Shown here: one piece after another, positions 43,521 to 54,043 of the stretch | How the letters are laid out: each line of letters starts with the position of its first letter | How positions within the stretch are numbered: the first letter of the stretch is position 1 | NCBI GenBank assembly: GCA_963790805.1 | Contig: CAWBPL010000002.1 | Span: forward strand, 64,696-128,695 | DNA length: 64,000 bases | Direction of reading: 5' to 3' | From: Candidatus Gottesmanbacteria bacterium | Lineage (GTDB): Bacteria; Patescibacteriota; Microgenomatia; UBA10105; UBA927 | Notes under the pieces: model-generated | Seen by the model: only the letters and a program-made list of their open reading frames with translations | What the model was told of the DNA's origin: nothing | Databases searched by the model: none | Made by a program: the position numbers and the translations under genes

Positions 43521-44012
43521 TTACCGCTTCGGAGATTGTTTACGGGCACGGGATTTCCCGGCATAACCCGCTTTGCGGCGCTGCTTGGCACGGGGATCAC
43601 GTTTCATGAAGCCACGTTTCTTAAGAATCGGGCGGAATTTTTCTTTATCAACTTTTTCCAAAGCGCGGGAAACCCCGTGAATCATTGCGGAAAGTTGTCC
43701 TGAAAGTCCGCCGCCTTCAATCTTTACCGCTACGATGAATCGGCCAAGAGTGTTTGTGGTTCTAAATGGTTCCTGATACATTTTTTTGAGTACTTCACCG
43801 GGGAAATAATTCTCTATCGACCTGCCGTTTACTGTCATACTCCCCTTTTCCATCGTTACACCGCCGAGAGTCAAAGAACCTTCGTTGACAACATAGAGGC
43901 GCACCCGTGCGCTTGACTCTTTGCGTCGTCCGACCGCTTCGTAATAGGAAACGGCTTCACCCTTTTTTTCAATTTTTTCAACTTGTTCAACTTGTGTTTT
44001 TTCGTCTGCCAT
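43521..44012 (-). CDS. rpsI: 30S ribosomal protein S9 (uS9) with N-terminal extension
   Basis: GGGLSGQLSAMIHGVSRAL and the C-terminal basic tail ...KSRARKQSPKR. Confidence 0.96.
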   Translation of the reverse strand: MADEKTQVEQVEKIEKKGEAVSYYEAVGRRKESSARVRLYVVNEGSLTLGGVTMEKGSMTVNGRSIENYFPGEVLKKMYQEPFRTTNTLGRFIVAVKIEGGGLSGQLSAMIHGVSRALEKVDKEKFRPILKKRGFMKRDPRAKQRRKAGYAGKSRARKQSPKR

Positions 44013-44015
44013 AGG

Positions 44016-44435
44016 TTATTTAAATTTATCGTTATACGGATGTTCCGTCCCTGGATATATATAAAGACGAGTCATCAGTCTATCACGCAGCTTGTTTTTG
44101 GGCAACATACCAAGTACTGCATGACGCATAGGCTCAGTCGGTTTTTCTATACGAACTTGCCATAACGCTTTTTGTTTTAGCCCACCCGGTTGACCGGAAT
44201 AGTTACTGTACAGTTTCTTTTTTTCTTTACGACCCGTTGTAATGACACTGGCTGCATTTACAACAACGACATAGTTACCACAATCAAGATTCCGTACAAA
44301 ATTCGGCTTGTTTTTCCCTATAAGCTTCTGCGCGACATCCGACGCGGCCCGTCCTAACACGAGACCTTTTACATCAACGAGAATCCATTCCCGTTTAATT
44401 TCTGACACTTTTACTGATTTGGTTGCCTGTTTCAT
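44016..44435 (-). CDS. rplM: 50S ribosomal protein L13 (uL13)
   Basis: REWILVDVKGLVLGRAAS..A..L.GK. Confidence 0.96.
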   Translation of the reverse strand: MKQATKSVKVSEIKREWILVDVKGLVLGRAASDVAQKLIGKNKPNFVRNLDCGNYVVVVNAASVITTGRKEKKKLYSNYSGQPGGLKQKALWQVRIEKPTEPMRHAVLGMLPKNKLRDRLMTRLYIYPGTEHPYNDKFK

Positions 44436-44438
44436 ACG

Positions 44439-44921
44439 TTATTTCTTTGTTGATTTTTTTACCGGTTTAACCGGAGCTTTTTTAACTGGCTCTTTCTTTT
44501 CTTTTTTAACCTCTTTCGCTTCTTTGTTTGTTTCTTTCTTCGGCGCAATGACTTCGGTTATCACGCGTGCATCAACGAAGGACAATTGTGCCGTATCTGT
44601 GGAATCGCCCATTCGTTTGCCGACTTTAATAAGCCTCGTAAATCCGCTTGTTCTATTGGCAAAACGTGTCTTTGCTTCATCAATCAATCTGTTAGTTAAC
44701 TCTCTATCCCCTAACACTGCCATAATTCGTCGTTTATTTATGTCTCCCCCTGCTTTCGCCCTCGTCACGAGTTTTTCAATAATCGGTTGAACTGTTTTCG
44801 CTTTCACGAGGCTCGTCACCATAACGTCATGTGTAATAAAATCACGAACGAGTACGGTAAACAACCGCTTTCGTTCTCCTGCGTTCCGTGATAATTTACT
44901 GCCGAATACTGAGTGTCTCAT
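44439..44921 (-). CDS. rplQ: 50S ribosomal protein L17 (bL17) with Lys-rich C-terminal extension
   Basis: MRHSVFGSKLSRNAGERKRL, with the tail KKETNKEAKEVKKEKKEPVKKAPVKPVKKSTKK. Confidence 0.95.
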   Translation of the reverse strand: MRHSVFGSKLSRNAGERKRLFTVLVRDFITHDVMVTSLVKAKTVQPIIEKLVTRAKAGGDINKRRIMAVLGDRELTNRLIDEAKTRFANRTSGFTRLIKVGKRMGDSTDTAQLSFVDARVITEVIAPKKETNKEAKEVKKEKKEPVKKAPVKPVKKSTKK

Positions 44922-44927
44922 ACCGTG

Positions 44928-45848
44928 TTATACCGTTAACGCAACGCCTTTTTCCCGAAGTTTTTCTTCAACTATCGCGAGAGACTTAACCCCGAGATTT
45001 TTAATCTTCATAAGATCCGCTTGCGGCGTGCCCAATAATTGACCGATGGTTTCAATCCCACCGTTGGCAAGTGCATTGACGATGCGGGTCGGAATATCAA
45101 GCTCCTCAATCCGCATTTTCAATACTTCATCCGAAATCGTGGGGGTCACAGCGACTGTCTCAGCAGCTCCCGGCGCTTTGGGTTCGACAACCTGCATGAA
45201 ATACGAAACCAAAATTTTTGCCGTTGACTTGAGCGCATCTGAGGCGGATATGGTGCCGTCTGTCCAGATTTCCATGACCAGCCGGTCAAGGTTCGTCATA
45301 CGTCCGACACGCGTAGCCTCTACCCGATAATTTACTCTGGTCACCGGTGAATACAGGCTGTCCATCGGGATAACACCGACTTCGCTGATATGTTTTTCGT
45401 CTGCTGAAACATATCCATATCCCTTATCAGCAGTTAACTCTACCTCGAGAGACGCTTTTTTGTCTGCAAGATTCGCGAGTACTAAATCAGGATTGACAAT
45501 CGTGACACCGGAGGGCACTTGAATATCAGCGGCCATTACTTCTCCCGGCCCTTTTTTGGATATCGTCATTTTAACCGGTTCATTGCCTTCAATCGTCAAA
45601 CGGACCTTCTTGAGATTCATGATGAACTCCACTACGTCTTCTTTCATCCCCTCAAGAGTTGAAAATTGATGCTTTACACCGGTAATCTTTACGGACGATA
45701 TAGCAGCCCCAGGAAGAGATGCTAAAAGAACCCGTCGAAGACTGTTTCCTAACGTTTGACCGTATCCCTGATCAAGCGGTTCAATACTAAATTTGCCGAA
45801 ACCCGGTTTTTCGGTCTCGACTTTGATGTGAAAAGTTGGCTCTGTCAT
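44928..45848 (-). CDS. rpoA: DNA-directed RNA polymerase subunit alpha
   Basis: GYGQTLGNSLRRVLLSSLPG and a C-terminal HhH domain (RIVNALANGGIETIGQLL). Confidence 0.96.
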   Translation of the reverse strand: MTEPTFHIKVETEKPGFGKFSIEPLDQGYGQTLGNSLRRVLLASLPGAAISSVKITGVKHQFSTLEGMKEDVVEFIMNLKKVRLTIEGNEPVKMTISKKGPGEVMAADIQVPSGVTIVNPDLVLANLADKKASLEVELTADKGYGYVSADEKHISEVGVIPMDSLYSPVTRVNYRVEATRVGRMTNLDRLVMEIWTDGTISASDALKSTAKILVSYFMQVVEPKAPGAAETVAVTPTISDEVLKMRIEELDIPTRIVNALANGGIETIGQLLGTPQADLMKIKNLGVKSLAIVEEKLREKGVALTV

Positions 45849-45926
45849 ATAATTTTTTTATAGTATTTGTCGTTCGCATGAAGAGACGTAAACTTTATGC
45901 CAACGGCAAACCCTATCTCCTTAAAT

Positions 45927-46547
45927 TTATCGAGAATAATGTTCAACGATCAATTGTTCGTTGATATCCTCTCCTATATCCGTCCGCTCCGGCAAGCGAA
46001 CAACTTTACCTACCGGTCCTTTTCGTTCTATCCATTCTGGCGTATGAAATGATTTATCATCAAGCATTTTTTTAACCGCCGGAATTTCTAACCCTTTGGT
46101 TCCAAGTGAAATAACCATATCTTTTTCTACTAAAAAAGACGGGATGTTCACTTTTTTCCCGTCAACCAAAACATGTCCATGAGAAACTAATTGTCGCGCA
46201 AGCCCTCTGGTGGGAGAAAACCCCATCCGGTAAACAGTGTTATCAAGTCGTCGCTCCATGAATTGCAATAATTTTTCTCCCGTATTCCCTTTCCATTTCA
46301 TGGCAAGTGCGAATGTTTTACGGAATTGTCGCTCAAGCGCACCGTATAATCGTTTAACCTTCTGTTTTTCCCGAAGTTGCACACCGTAGTCAGAAAGTTT
46401 TCTGTGGCCCTTGACCCCATGCTGACCTGGCATAACACCGAGACGTTTTAACAACCCCGCGTGAGATTTGGATCCGATTGTTTTATATCCTAAATCCATT
46501 CCTTCCCGACGAGCTAATCTATTTTTTGGACCTGTGTAGCGTGCCAT
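45927..46547 (-). CDS. rpsD: 30S ribosomal protein S4 (uS4)
   Basis: MARYTGPKNRLARREG, and an S4 RNA-binding domain. Confidence 0.96.
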   Translation of the reverse strand: MARYTGPKNRLARREGMDLGYKTIGSKSHAGLLKRLGVMPGQHGVKGHRKLSDYGVQLREKQKVKRLYGALERQFRKTFALAMKWKGNTGEKLLQFMERRLDNTVYRMGFSPTRGLARQLVSHGHVLVDGKKVNIPSFLVEKDMVISLGTKGLEIPAVKKMLDDKSFHTPEWIERKGPVGKVVRLPERTDIGEDINEQLIVEHYSR

Positions 46548-46550
46548 ATA

Positions 46551-46922
46551 TTAGACTCTCCTCTTTTTCTTCGCACTAACTCCGTTATGCGGAATGGGTG
46601 TGACATCAGCAATAAGTGTTATGGCAAGTCCGACGGCTTTAAGACCCCGAAGTGCGGCATCCCGACCAGCGCCAGGCCCTTTGATAAATACTTCCACTTC
46701 TCGAAGCCCCATGTCCATGGCCTTTCTTGATACTGCCTCAACCGCTGTCGTTGCCGCATATGGAGTAGATTTACGAGCTCCTTTAAATCCGGCCATACCG
46801 GATGAACCCCAGCAAAGCGCGTTTCCTTGTTCATCGGTAATCGTTACCAATGTATTATTAAACGTTGCCGTAATATAGACTTTTCCTTTTTCTACAACTC
46901 GTTTTGTTTTTTTAATTGCCAT
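46551..46922 (-). CDS. rpsK: 30S ribosomal protein S11 (uS11)
   Basis: [14 protein letters not shown]...[13 protein letters not shown]. Confidence 0.96.
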   Translation of the reverse strand: MAIKKTKRVVEKGKVYITATFNNTLVTITDEQGNALCWGSSGMAGFKGARKSTPYAATTAVEAVSRKAMDMGLREVEVFIKGPGAGRDAALRGLKAVGLAITLIADVTPIPHNGVSAKKKRRV

Positions 46923-46925
46923 AGG

Positions 46926-47348
46926 TTATTTTTTTTCTTCAACTGGTGCTTTTGTCGTTGTATCTGTTTTTATGCGATCATCTTTTTTCATAGCTCCAAT
47001 CGTAACGCGCTTCCCTCGTCTCGTACGGGCGTTGGAACGTGTCCGTTGTCCACGGGACGGCAAATTCTTTGTATGCCTGCTTCCGCGATAGGAACGAATC
47101 TCAATAAGCCGTTTGATATTATCCCCTATCTGTCGGCGGAGATCTCCTTCGACTGTGTATCCTTTTTCTATGACTTTTGCGATTCTGTTTACTTCTTCAT
47201 CTGTGAGAGTGTTAACGCGTTTTTCTGCGGGGAGTTGGGCTTCTTTGAGGATTTTAACAACGTTCGTCCGGCCTACGCCATAAATGTAGGTCAGTGCAAT
47301 ATCTAATCGTTTTTCATTGGGTATGTCTACTCCAGATATACGTGCCAT
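46926..47348 (-). CDS. rpsM: 30S ribosomal protein S13 (uS13) with C-terminal extension
   Basis: MARISGVDIP...YRG.RH...LP.RGQRT..NART.RG. The track start at 47390 overlaps rpmJ. Confidence 0.95.
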   Translation of the reverse strand: MARISGVDIPNEKRLDIALTYIYGVGRTNVVKILKEAQLPAEKRVNTLTDEEVNRIAKVIEKGYTVEGDLRRQIGDNIKRLIEIRSYRGSRHTKNLPSRGQRTRSNARTRRGKRVTIGAMKKDDRIKTDTTTKAPVEEKK

Positions 47349-47353
47349 ATTTT

Positions 47354-47467
47354 TTATCCTTGTCTCTGTTTGTGTTTCGGGTTTTCGCAAATGACATATG
47401 TACGTCCCCGACGTTTGACTACTTTACATTTCACACACATTTTTTTGATACTTGCGCGAACTTTCAT
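47354..47467 (-). CDS. rpmJ: 50S ribosomal protein L36 (bL36), zinc-binding form
   Basis: Absent from the ORF track. Manual translation: [37 protein letters not shown]. Confidence 0.95.
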   Translation of the reverse strand: MKVRASIKKMCVKCKVVKRRGRTYVICENPKHKQRQG

Positions 47468-47477
47468 ATGTTTTTCT

Positions 47478-47702
47478 TTATTTAATACGATAGGTAATCC
47501 GTCCTTTACCCGGATCATAGGGCGTCACTTCCATTTTCACCCGATCTCCAGGCATGATGCGGATAAAATTTAACCGCATTTTCCCAGACAAATGACATAA
47601 CACAACATGCCCATTAGGTAATTTCACTCGAAACAACGTATTGGGCAAACACTCGACTACCTCACCCTCAACCTCTATATTTCCTTGATGCGCCATATCC
47701 AC
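47478..47702 (-). CDS. infA: translation initiation factor IF-1
   Basis: S1-like OB fold: [32 protein letters not shown]...I.PGD.V.VE..PYD..KGRI.YR. Confidence 0.96.
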   Translation of the reverse strand: MDMAHQGNIEVEGEVVECLPNTLFRVKLPNGHVVLCHLSGKMRLNFIRIMPGDRVKMEVTPYDPGKGRITYRIK

Positions 47703-47704
47703 GT

Positions 47705-47749
47705 AAAAAACGACGGGGTCACTCCCGACCTTGTCGGGATCCCCGACGT
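47705..47749 (-). terminator. two-tier hairpin + T6 (intrinsic-terminator-like) ending about 8 nt before the infA start
   Basis: On the minus strand, ACGTCGGGG-ATCCCGAC-aag-GTCGGGAG-tga-CCCCGTCGT-TTTTTT. Confidence 0.55.
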
Positions 47750-47760
47750 GAATAGTCCGT

Positions 47761-47789
47761 ATTGTACCTCACTTTTCAGCTTTGGTCAA
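47761..47789 (-). promoter_or_regulatory. candidate promoter TTGACC-N17-TACAAT for infA, overlapping the map 3' end
   Basis: The -35 box lies inside the last map codons. The -10 box starts 2 nt after the map stop codon. Confidence 0.5.
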
Positions 47790-48542
47790 TAAGATCGGGC
47801 CATCCTCCGTTATCGCCAGTGAATGTTCACATTCTGAAGCCAGAGACCTGTCACGCGTGGCTATCGTCCATCCGTCGTCATTCTCATAGACCACGGAGCC
47901 GTTTCCCATAGCATAAATAGGCTCAATGGCGATTGTCTCTCCGCCTCGAAATTGATAGGTATTTTCGATATCTCCTCTCAGGTAATTCGGCACCTGCGGG
48001 TCTTCATGAAGTTCGTGTCCTACACCGTGCCCCACTAATGATTTCACAATGCTGTATCCGGCACCCTCAATAATGGTTTGATTTGAAAGAGATATGTCCC
48101 CGACGTGATTACCTATTTGAGCAAGTTCTATAGCTTTCGCAAGGGCAAGTTCTCCAATTTTTAAAAACTTTTCCTTCTTTTGACGATCTTCGGATGTATC
48201 TTTACCGATAATCTTCGTCCACGCGGTATCTGTATGAAATCCACCGTACAAAAGACCTATGTCGATCGTTAATTTATCCCCATCCCGAAGTGCATAGGTA
48301 GTTGGAATTCCGTGAACCACAACTTCATTCACACAAAGGCAGGTTGCCCAATAATACCCCTTCACAGTCTTAAACGAAGCGGTCCCGCCGGATTTATTAA
48401 TAAGATCATTGGCCAACGCTTCTATCTCAGTTAATTTAACACCCGGCTCTGAAAACTGTAAAAGTGTTTGAAGAATGGCACCCAACTTTACTCCCCCTTC
48501 GTGCATAATCGCGATTTCTTGTTTTGTTTTCAGTTGGATCAT
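47769..48542 (-). CDS. map: methionine aminopeptidase, type I
   Basis: Metal ligands in context (DIGLLYGGFHTD, GHGVGHELHE, AIEP, EHS). Confidence 0.95.
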   Translation of the reverse strand: MIQLKTKQEIAIMHEGGVKLGAILQTLLQFSEPGVKLTEIEALANDLINKSGGTASFKTVKGYYWATCLCVNEVVVHGIPTTYALRDGDKLTIDIGLLYGGFHTDTAWTKIIGKDTSEDRQKKEKFLKIGELALAKAIELAQIGNHVGDISLSNQTIIEGAGYSIVKSLVGHGVGHELHEDPQVPNYLRGDIENTYQFRGGETIAIEPIYAMGNGSVVYENDDGWTIATRDRSLASECEHSLAITEDGPILLTKAEK

Positions 48543-49231
48543 AAAAGATTCCTTTTTTTCAATTCCCTTTTTATTGTATCAACAACTTGAATCTGGGTAA
48601 GATTCGTACAATCCAACTCCCATGCGTCGGGAAGTTTTTGCAACGGATCTACTTCTCTCGTGGTGTCTTGTAAATCTCTCGCTTTTGTATCTTTAAGTGT
48701 TTCTTCAAATGTCTTTATAATTCCTCTTTGTTGCCACTCCCTAAACCGGCGTTTTGCTCGCTCTTCCTGTGAAGCAGTTAAATAAATTTTTAACGACGCA
48801 TGCGGCAATACACGAAGACCGATATCACGTCCCTCCATAACAACTGCTTTACCGTCTGCCAACATTTGCTGGCCTGCCACCATCCACTGACGAACGAAGG
48901 GTAGTGTACCAACGTCAGAAGCTCCCTGCGCTGCATCCTGTTTTGTAATTCGTACGGTTATATCGTTTCCATTCAGTACTATTTTATAAGGATATTCATC
49001 CGTAGGATTTGGTTGAACTATATCGATACGAACCGTTCGAAGAATGTTTTTTACAGCAACAGCATCTTTACAGGAAATTCCTGTTTGAATGCATGCAAGC
49101 GCAAGAGCGCGATACATGGCTCCAGTATAAATATAAAGAAGATTCAATTCTTTGGCCAGACGGGCGGCAATATCTCCTTTTCCTGAAGCAACCGGACCGT
49201 CAATGGCTATCTGAAGGGGGGTATCATTCAT
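48539..49231 (-). CDS. cmk: cytidylate kinase
   Basis: IAIDGPVASGKG, YTGAMYRA, GRDIG. 4-nt overlaps on both sides. Confidence 0.9.
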   Translation of the reverse strand: MNDTPLQIAIDGPVASGKGDIAARLAKELNLLYIYTGAMYRALALACIQTGISCKDAVAVKNILRTVRIDIVQPNPTDEYPYKIVLNGNDITVRITKQDAAQGASDVGTLPFVRQWMVAGQQMLADGKAVVMEGRDIGLRVLPHASLKIYLTASQEERAKRRFREWQQRGIIKTFEETLKDTKARDLQDTTREVDPLQKLPDAWELDCTNLTQIQVVDTIKRELKKRNLL

Positions 49232-49806
49232 GTTGATACATGATTCATGATGTCGGCGTGAACCTCGTCAATGGATTTTTCAGCACTGATTTCTACAAGA
49301 ATTCCTTGCGGTCGATAATATTCAAGAAGTCCCTTTTGACCCGTATAATAGACTGCAAGCCGTTTTTTAATCCGCTCAGGGGAATCATGAAGCTCGGTTG
49401 ATCCGGGATGCAACGGACGAGCACGTTTAATAAGACGCTTCATAGATTCTTCTTGACTTATATTTAAATAAAATACTTTATCTATTTTTGCGTCTAACGA
49501 TCGCATCTTTTCATCTAAAAATTTTGCCTGCTCAACATTTCGCGGGAACCCGTCCATAATCCATCCGCCTTTTACGCTTTCCTCTACAATTTTGCGCTCC
49601 CACAATGTATACATATCCGCATCATTTACATACTTGCCTTCATTTAACGCCAGTCTGCACACATTTCCGATATGTCCTTTATCAATTGTCGCAGCTTCAC
49701 GCACCAAATCACCTGAAGTTAAAATAGGAATCTTCAGTGCGTCGCTTAATAATTTAGCCTGTGTGCCTTTTCCAGACCCCTCAGGACCATACATAAGAAT
49801 ATGCAT
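49228..49806 (-). CDS. adk: adenylate kinase (short-lid form)
   Basis: GPEGSGKGTQA, GDLVR, DGFPRN. No Cys4 lid. Confidence 0.92.
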   Translation of the reverse strand: MHILMYGPEGSGKGTQAKLLSDALKIPILTSGDLVREAATIDKGHIGNVCRLALNEGKYVNDADMYTLWERKIVEESVKGGWIMDGFPRNVEQAKFLDEKMRSLDAKIDKVFYLNISQEESMKRLIKRARPLHPGSTELHDSPERIKKRLAVYYTGQKGLLEYYRPQGILVEISAEKSIDEVHADIMNHVST

Positions 49807-49807
49807 A

Positions 49808-51097
49808 TTAGTCGTTTAAAAATCCTTCGTAATTTCTCATCACCAGCTGTGCTTCAAGTGCCTTCACTGTTTCCAGAACTACAGAAACGACGATTAACAC
49901 TCCGGTGCCGCCGATAAGAAGCGTCGAAACGCCGGAAATTTGACGCGCTATAGACGGAAGAATTGCAATAAGTCCTAAAAACAAAGCTCCTGCGAGCGTA
50001 ATTCGGGTCAAGATGTAGTTAAGATATTGCGCAGTCGGCGTGCCGGGCCGAATGCCCGGAATAAATCCGCCATACTTTTGAATTTCCTGGGAAATTTTTG
50101 TCGGATTAAACGTAATTGCCGTATAAAAATATGTAAACCCGATAACTAAAAAGAAATAAATGATATTGTAGGAAACCCCGTTTGGATTAAAAATGTTTGA
50201 GAGAAATCTTCCGAACCCGATAAGGGCTGGATTTTTTACCTGTTGTAAAAAGTTTCCGACGAGCGACGGCAACAAAACAAGTGAAACGGCGAATATAATT
50301 GGAATCACTCCCGCCTGATTTACCCGTAATGGCAAATATGATGTTGAACCGCCATAGACTTTATTTCCCCGGATTCTTCGGGCATAATGAACAGTTATTC
50401 GACGGACCGCCTCATTCACAAATACAGTGGCAGCGATGACGGCAACTGCCAGAATTGCAAACATAATAACATTTGTCATATATTCCGCCGTAATAGTCGT
50501 TGCTGTTTGGCCAAGTGCCACAGGAATTCTTCCGACAATGCCGGCAAAAATAAGAAGCGATATGCCGTTACCGATCCCGTACTCGGTAATAAGCTCACCT
50601 AACCACATTGCAAACAACGTTCCCGCTGTCATGGTCACGACAATTGCAATAAGAGATAAAGGATCAACAGTACCGATAATTCCCTGATTTTTCAAAAGCG
50701 CAAACATGCCGATCGACTGCACGGCGGCTAGAGGTACGGTAATAAAGCGCGTATATTGATTGATTTTTTCGCGGCCATACTCCCCTTCTTTTTGCAATTC
50801 CTCAAGCTGGGGAAAAACAATCGTTAAAAGTTGCAGAATGATCGAAGCATTGATGTATGGATTAAGGCCCAACGCCAATACGGAGAAATTTACAAGCGTG
50901 CCGCCGGAAAAAATATCAAGAAGTCCTAAAAATTGATTAGACGCAAAAAGAGCTGCCAATTTAGCTGTATTAACACTGGGAATCGGAATATGGGCAAATA
51001 ACCGGAATACCACAAAAAGAAGCGCGGTTATAATAATTTTCCGTCGAAGCTCTGGCGACTTCCAGCTCGCGATAAGTGGAGCAAGTAGCTTATTCAT
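49808..51097 (-). CDS. secY: preprotein translocase subunit SecY
   Basis: 10-TM SecY; [25 protein letters not shown]. Confidence 0.96.
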   Translation of the reverse strand: MNKLLAPLIASWKSPELRRKIIITALLFVVFRLFAHIPIPSVNTAKLAALFASNQFLGLLDIFSGGTLVNFSVLALGLNPYINASIILQLLTIVFPQLEELQKEGEYGREKINQYTRFITVPLAAVQSIGMFALLKNQGIIGTVDPLSLIAIVVTMTAGTLFAMWLGELITEYGIGNGISLLIFAGIVGRIPVALGQTATTITAEYMTNVIMFAILAVAVIAATVFVNEAVRRITVHYARRIRGNKVYGGSTSYLPLRVNQAGVIPIIFAVSLVLLPSLVGNFLQQVKNPALIGFGRFLSNIFNPNGVSYNIIYFFLVIGFTYFYTAITFNPTKISQEIQKYGGFIPGIRPGTPTAQYLNYILTRITLAGALFLGLIAILPSIARQISGVSTLLIGGTGVLIVVSVVLETVKALEAQLVMRNYEGFLND

Positions 51098-51104
51098 GAA
51101 TAGA

Positions 51105-51536
51105 TTATACTTCCACTGTTCCGCCGGCCTTTTCGATTACCTTTCGTGCACTTTGAGAACAGGGCACCGTCACGGTTACTGCGTGACTCACTGACCCACC
51201 CCCAAGAATTTTAACCCGCGAAACCTGCTTCTCAATAATATGATATTTAACCAAAGTTTCCAATGTGACTTTTGTTTTTGCCGGTATTTTTTCAAGTAAT
51301 CCCACTGATATCGGAACCGCTTTAACATTAACGACATGATTTTTTTGTTTCCCCCGAAGAAGTGGCAGTCGTTTTACTAAAGCCAGTTGTCCTCCTTCAA
51401 AATCGCGCGGCATTTTACCACGAGCATTCTGACCTTTAGTACCCCGACCGGACGTTTTCACTCTGCCGGATCCATGCCCTCGACCAATTCGTTTTTGGGG
51501 TTTCTTGACTGTTGAAGGTAGATTTGTTGTATCCAT
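51105..51536 (-). CDS. rplO: 50S ribosomal protein L15 (uL15)
   Basis: [21 protein letters not shown]. Confidence 0.95.
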   Translation of the reverse strand: MDTTNLPSTVKKPQKRIGRGHGSGRVKTSGRGTKGQNARGKMPRDFEGGQLALVKRLPLLRGKQKNHVVNVKAVPISVGLLEKIPAKTKVTLETLVKYHIIEKQVSRVKILGGGSVSHAVTVTVPCSQSARKVIEKAGGTVEV

Positions 51537-51537
51537 G

Positions 51538-52014
51538 TTATACTCCTTGCTTTCGAACCATTTTGAGATTCTTTAACGCTTCCATCGTTGCGTATACATT
51601 GGAAGCCTGATTTTTACTTCCTAAAATCTTCGATACGACGTCTCGAATTCCAGCCGCCTCAACAACTGCGCGAATCGCACCCCCTGCTATAACGCCAGTA
51701 CCAGGAGGAGCGGGCTTCAGCATAACGCGAGCAGCACCTAACTTTACGCGGATTTCATGCGGAATCGTGCGACCTTTCATAGGTACGGTAATGAAATGTT
51801 TTTTCGCATATGATACAGCCTTTTTTACCGCCGAAGAAACGTCTGGGGCTCCTCCGAGTCCAACGCCGACTCTGCCCTTTTTATCTCCGACGACAGCCAA
51901 GACCGAAAACCCGATCTTGTTTCCGCCTTTTGTTTTTTTAGACACTCTATTCACCTGAACAATTTTTTCTTCGAACTCGCTCGGAGTTCTTTCTGTTCGT
52001 TGTTGATATTTCAT
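51538..52014 (-). CDS. rpsE: 30S ribosomal protein S5 (uS5)
   Basis: [14 protein letters not shown].. and [13 protein letters not shown]. Directly abuts rplO (1-nt gap), so there is no L30 gene. Confidence 0.96.
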   Translation of the reverse strand: MKYQQRTERTPSEFEEKIVQVNRVSKKTKGGNKIGFSVLAVVGDKKGRVGVGLGGAPDVSSAVKKAVSYAKKHFITVPMKGRTIPHEIRVKLGAARVMLKPAPPGTGVIAGGAIRAVVEAAGIRDVVSKILGSKNQASNVYATMEALKNLKMVRKQGV

Positions 52015-52340
52015 ACTGCTAATCCTCCTTCACGCACCGCATCAGCAAGCGCTTTAATAACACCGTGATACCGGTATCCGTTTCGATCAAATACAACGGT
52101 GGTAATCCCCTTTTTCTTCGCCAGCTCAGCGACGGTCGTACCTAATTCTTTTGCCTTTGCCATAGTTTTCCCGTGAATTTGCGCGGAAAAAATTGTTATC
52201 TGCTTCTCATCATCGATGAGTTGAACGGATAACGCTTTGTTGGAACGGAATACAGATAAACGCGGCCGCTTTGCGGTTCCCGAAACCTTTGCACGAACTC
52301 TCATCTTTCTACGCAACCGATTGTTTCGTCTAATGCTCAT
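52011..52340 (-). CDS. rplR: 50S ribosomal protein L18 (uL18)
   Basis: [18 protein letters not shown]...[10 protein letters not shown]. Confidence 0.95.
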   Translation of the reverse strand: MSIRRNNRLRRKMRVRAKVSGTAKRPRLSVFRSNKALSVQLIDDEKQITIFSAQIHGKTMAKAKELGTTVAELAKKKGITTVVFDRNGYRYHGVIKALADAVREGGLAV

Positions 52341-52342
52341 AG

Positions 52343-52903
52343 TTATTTCGCTCCTCCTGGTGCTCCGCTGACGGCTTTTGCTTTACCAGCTTTCTTACGA
52401 ATATATTCATGTTCATATTTAATCCCTTTTCCTTTATATGGTTCTGGTTTTTTGATTTCGCGAATTGATGCGGCCATTTGTCCAACTGCCTGTTTATCAA
52501 TGCCAGATATGACAACCTTTCCTTCATTTGCCGTAAACGTTATTCCATCGGCTGGAGCTACCGTAACCGGATGAGAAAATCCTATTGTCAGTACCAAATC
52601 TGTACCGTTTACAATCGCGCGGTATCCGACGCCGGAAAGCTCTAGGGTTTTTGTCCAGCCTTTCGTAATGCCAGTTATTGCATTGGCAAGCTCTGCGCGG
52701 AAATACCCGTGAAGCGCCCGCTTCGGTTTGTCATTATTTGTTCGTCCCACCGTGACTTTTTCTCCTTCGATAGTGACAGTTAAACCTCTCGGGATTGCGT
52801 TTCGCAATTCGCCTTTTGGACCTTTGACCACAATTGCATCTCCGGCTTTCGTTACGGTTACGTCTTTCGGAACACTTATGATTGCATTACCAATTCTTGA
52901 CAT
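52343..52903 (-). CDS. rplF: 50S ribosomal protein L6 (uL6)
   Basis: [17 protein letters not shown]...EPYKGKGI. Confidence 0.96.
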   Translation of the reverse strand: MSRIGNAIISVPKDVTVTKAGDAIVVKGPKGELRNAIPRGLTVTIEGEKVTVGRTNNDKPKRALHGYFRAELANAITGITKGWTKTLELSGVGYRAIVNGTDLVLTIGFSHPVTVAPADGITFTANEGKVVISGIDKQAVGQMAASIREIKKPEPYKGKGIKYEHEYIRKKAGKAKAVSGAPGGAK

Positions 52904-52907
52904 AGGT

Positions 52908-53300
52908 TTACCAGATTGTACACAACAGTTCTCCGCCTATACCTTTTTTCTTTGCAGATTTTCCCGTCATAATACCTTGCGGTGTTGAAACGATAGCCAC
53001 CCCCATGCCTCCAAGCACGGTCGGAATGGTATTTTTGTTAACATAGAGTCGAAGACCGGGTTTACTAATCCTTTTGATACCTGTAATAACTGAGTCTGTG
53101 CCCTGATATAACATGGTAATGCGGATTGCGGTTTTCGTATCAGCGCCCACTTTACCCACTTCACCCACAAACCCCTCCTGCGAAAGAATCTTTGCGACTG
53201 CCATTTTCAGGCGGGAATGCGGCACTTCGATAGCCTGTTTATGTGCCATCGATGCATTTTTTATTTGTATTAATAAATCTCCAATAGGATCATTTACCAT
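52908..53300 (-). CDS. rpsH: 30S ribosomal protein S8 (uS8)
   Basis: DPIGDLLIQIKNA...GGELLCTIW. Confidence 0.96.
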   Translation of the reverse strand: MVNDPIGDLLIQIKNASMAHKQAIEVPHSRLKMAVAKILSQEGFVGEVGKVGADTKTAIRITMLYQGTDSVITGIKRISKPGLRLYVNKNTIPTVLGGMGVAIVSTPQGIMTGKSAKKKGIGGELLCTIW

Positions 53301-53309
53301 AATTCTCCT

Positions 53310-53495
53310 TTACCATGACGCTTTTACGACACCCGGTAATTCACCTTTATGAGCGAGTGTTCTGAAACAGAGACGACAGACACCAAATTTTCTCATATAC
53401 CCGCGCGACCTGCCGCAGAGTGAGCAACGGTTGCGATAGCGCACGCGATATTTTTGTTTTTTATGAAATTTAACGATATCCGACGTTTTTGCCAT
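53310..53495 (-). CDS. rpsN: 30S ribosomal protein S14 type Z (uS14, zinc-binding)
   Basis: 61 aa: [23 protein letters not shown] (CxxC...CxxC). Confidence 0.95.
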   Translation of the reverse strand: MAKTSDIVKFHKKQKYRVRYRNRCSLCGRSRGYMRKFGVCRLCFRTLAHKGELPGVVKASW

Positions 53496-53496
53496 A

Positions 53497-54039
53497 TTAC
53501 TCCTTTACAAACGGCATACCCAATAATTGCAAAAGCACTATTCCATGTTCATCGGTTTTTGCCGTTGTTACAAAACTGATTTCAAGTCCTCTCACTTTAT
53601 CAACCATGTTATATTCGAGTTCAGGGAAAATAGTATGCTCCTTAATTCCCAATGTATAATTTCCTCTTCCGTCAAATCCCGATTTCGGAACTCCCCGAAA
53701 ATCACGGACGCGCGGAAGCGCAATACCAACGAACTTCTGAAAAAAATCGTACATTCGGCCACCCCGCAATGTTACGCGAAGCCCGACCGTATCACCCGCT
53801 CGAAGCTTAAAGGTTGAAATTGCACGCTTGGCTCTCATGACCTGCGGTTTTTGACCTGTAATTACAGCAAGTTGCGCCGACATTTTTTCAATAACCTTTT
53901 TATCAACGAGTGCTTCGCCTATGCCGCAATTGACGACGATTTTGGTAAGCTTTGGCACCGCCATGCGGTTTTTAACGCCATGCTTTGTCATAAATTCCGG
54001 TACGATTTCTTTTAAATATTTTTCGTGTAATGTATGCAT
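53497..54039 (-). CDS. rplE: 50S ribosomal protein L5 (uL5)
   Basis: [16 protein letters not shown]... The track start at 54099 overlaps rplX, so I prefer the internal ATG (MHTLHEKY). Confidence 0.93.
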   Translation of the reverse strand: MHTLHEKYLKEIVPEFMTKHGVKNRMAVPKLTKIVVNCGIGEALVDKKVIEKMSAQLAVITGQKPQVMRAKRAISTFKLRAGDTVGLRVTLRGGRMYDFFQKFVGIALPRVRDFRGVPKSGFDGRGNYTLGIKEHTIFPELEYNMVDKVRGLEISFVTTAKTDEHGIVLLQLLGMPFVKE

Positions 54040-54043
54040 AGGT

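Noticed and set aside
44308-44790. 160-aa plus-strand ORF rich in F/S/T
   Set aside because: It is antisense to rplM/rplQ and mirrors the Lys-rich (AAA/AAG) tail of L17 as a Phe/Leu-rich shadow.
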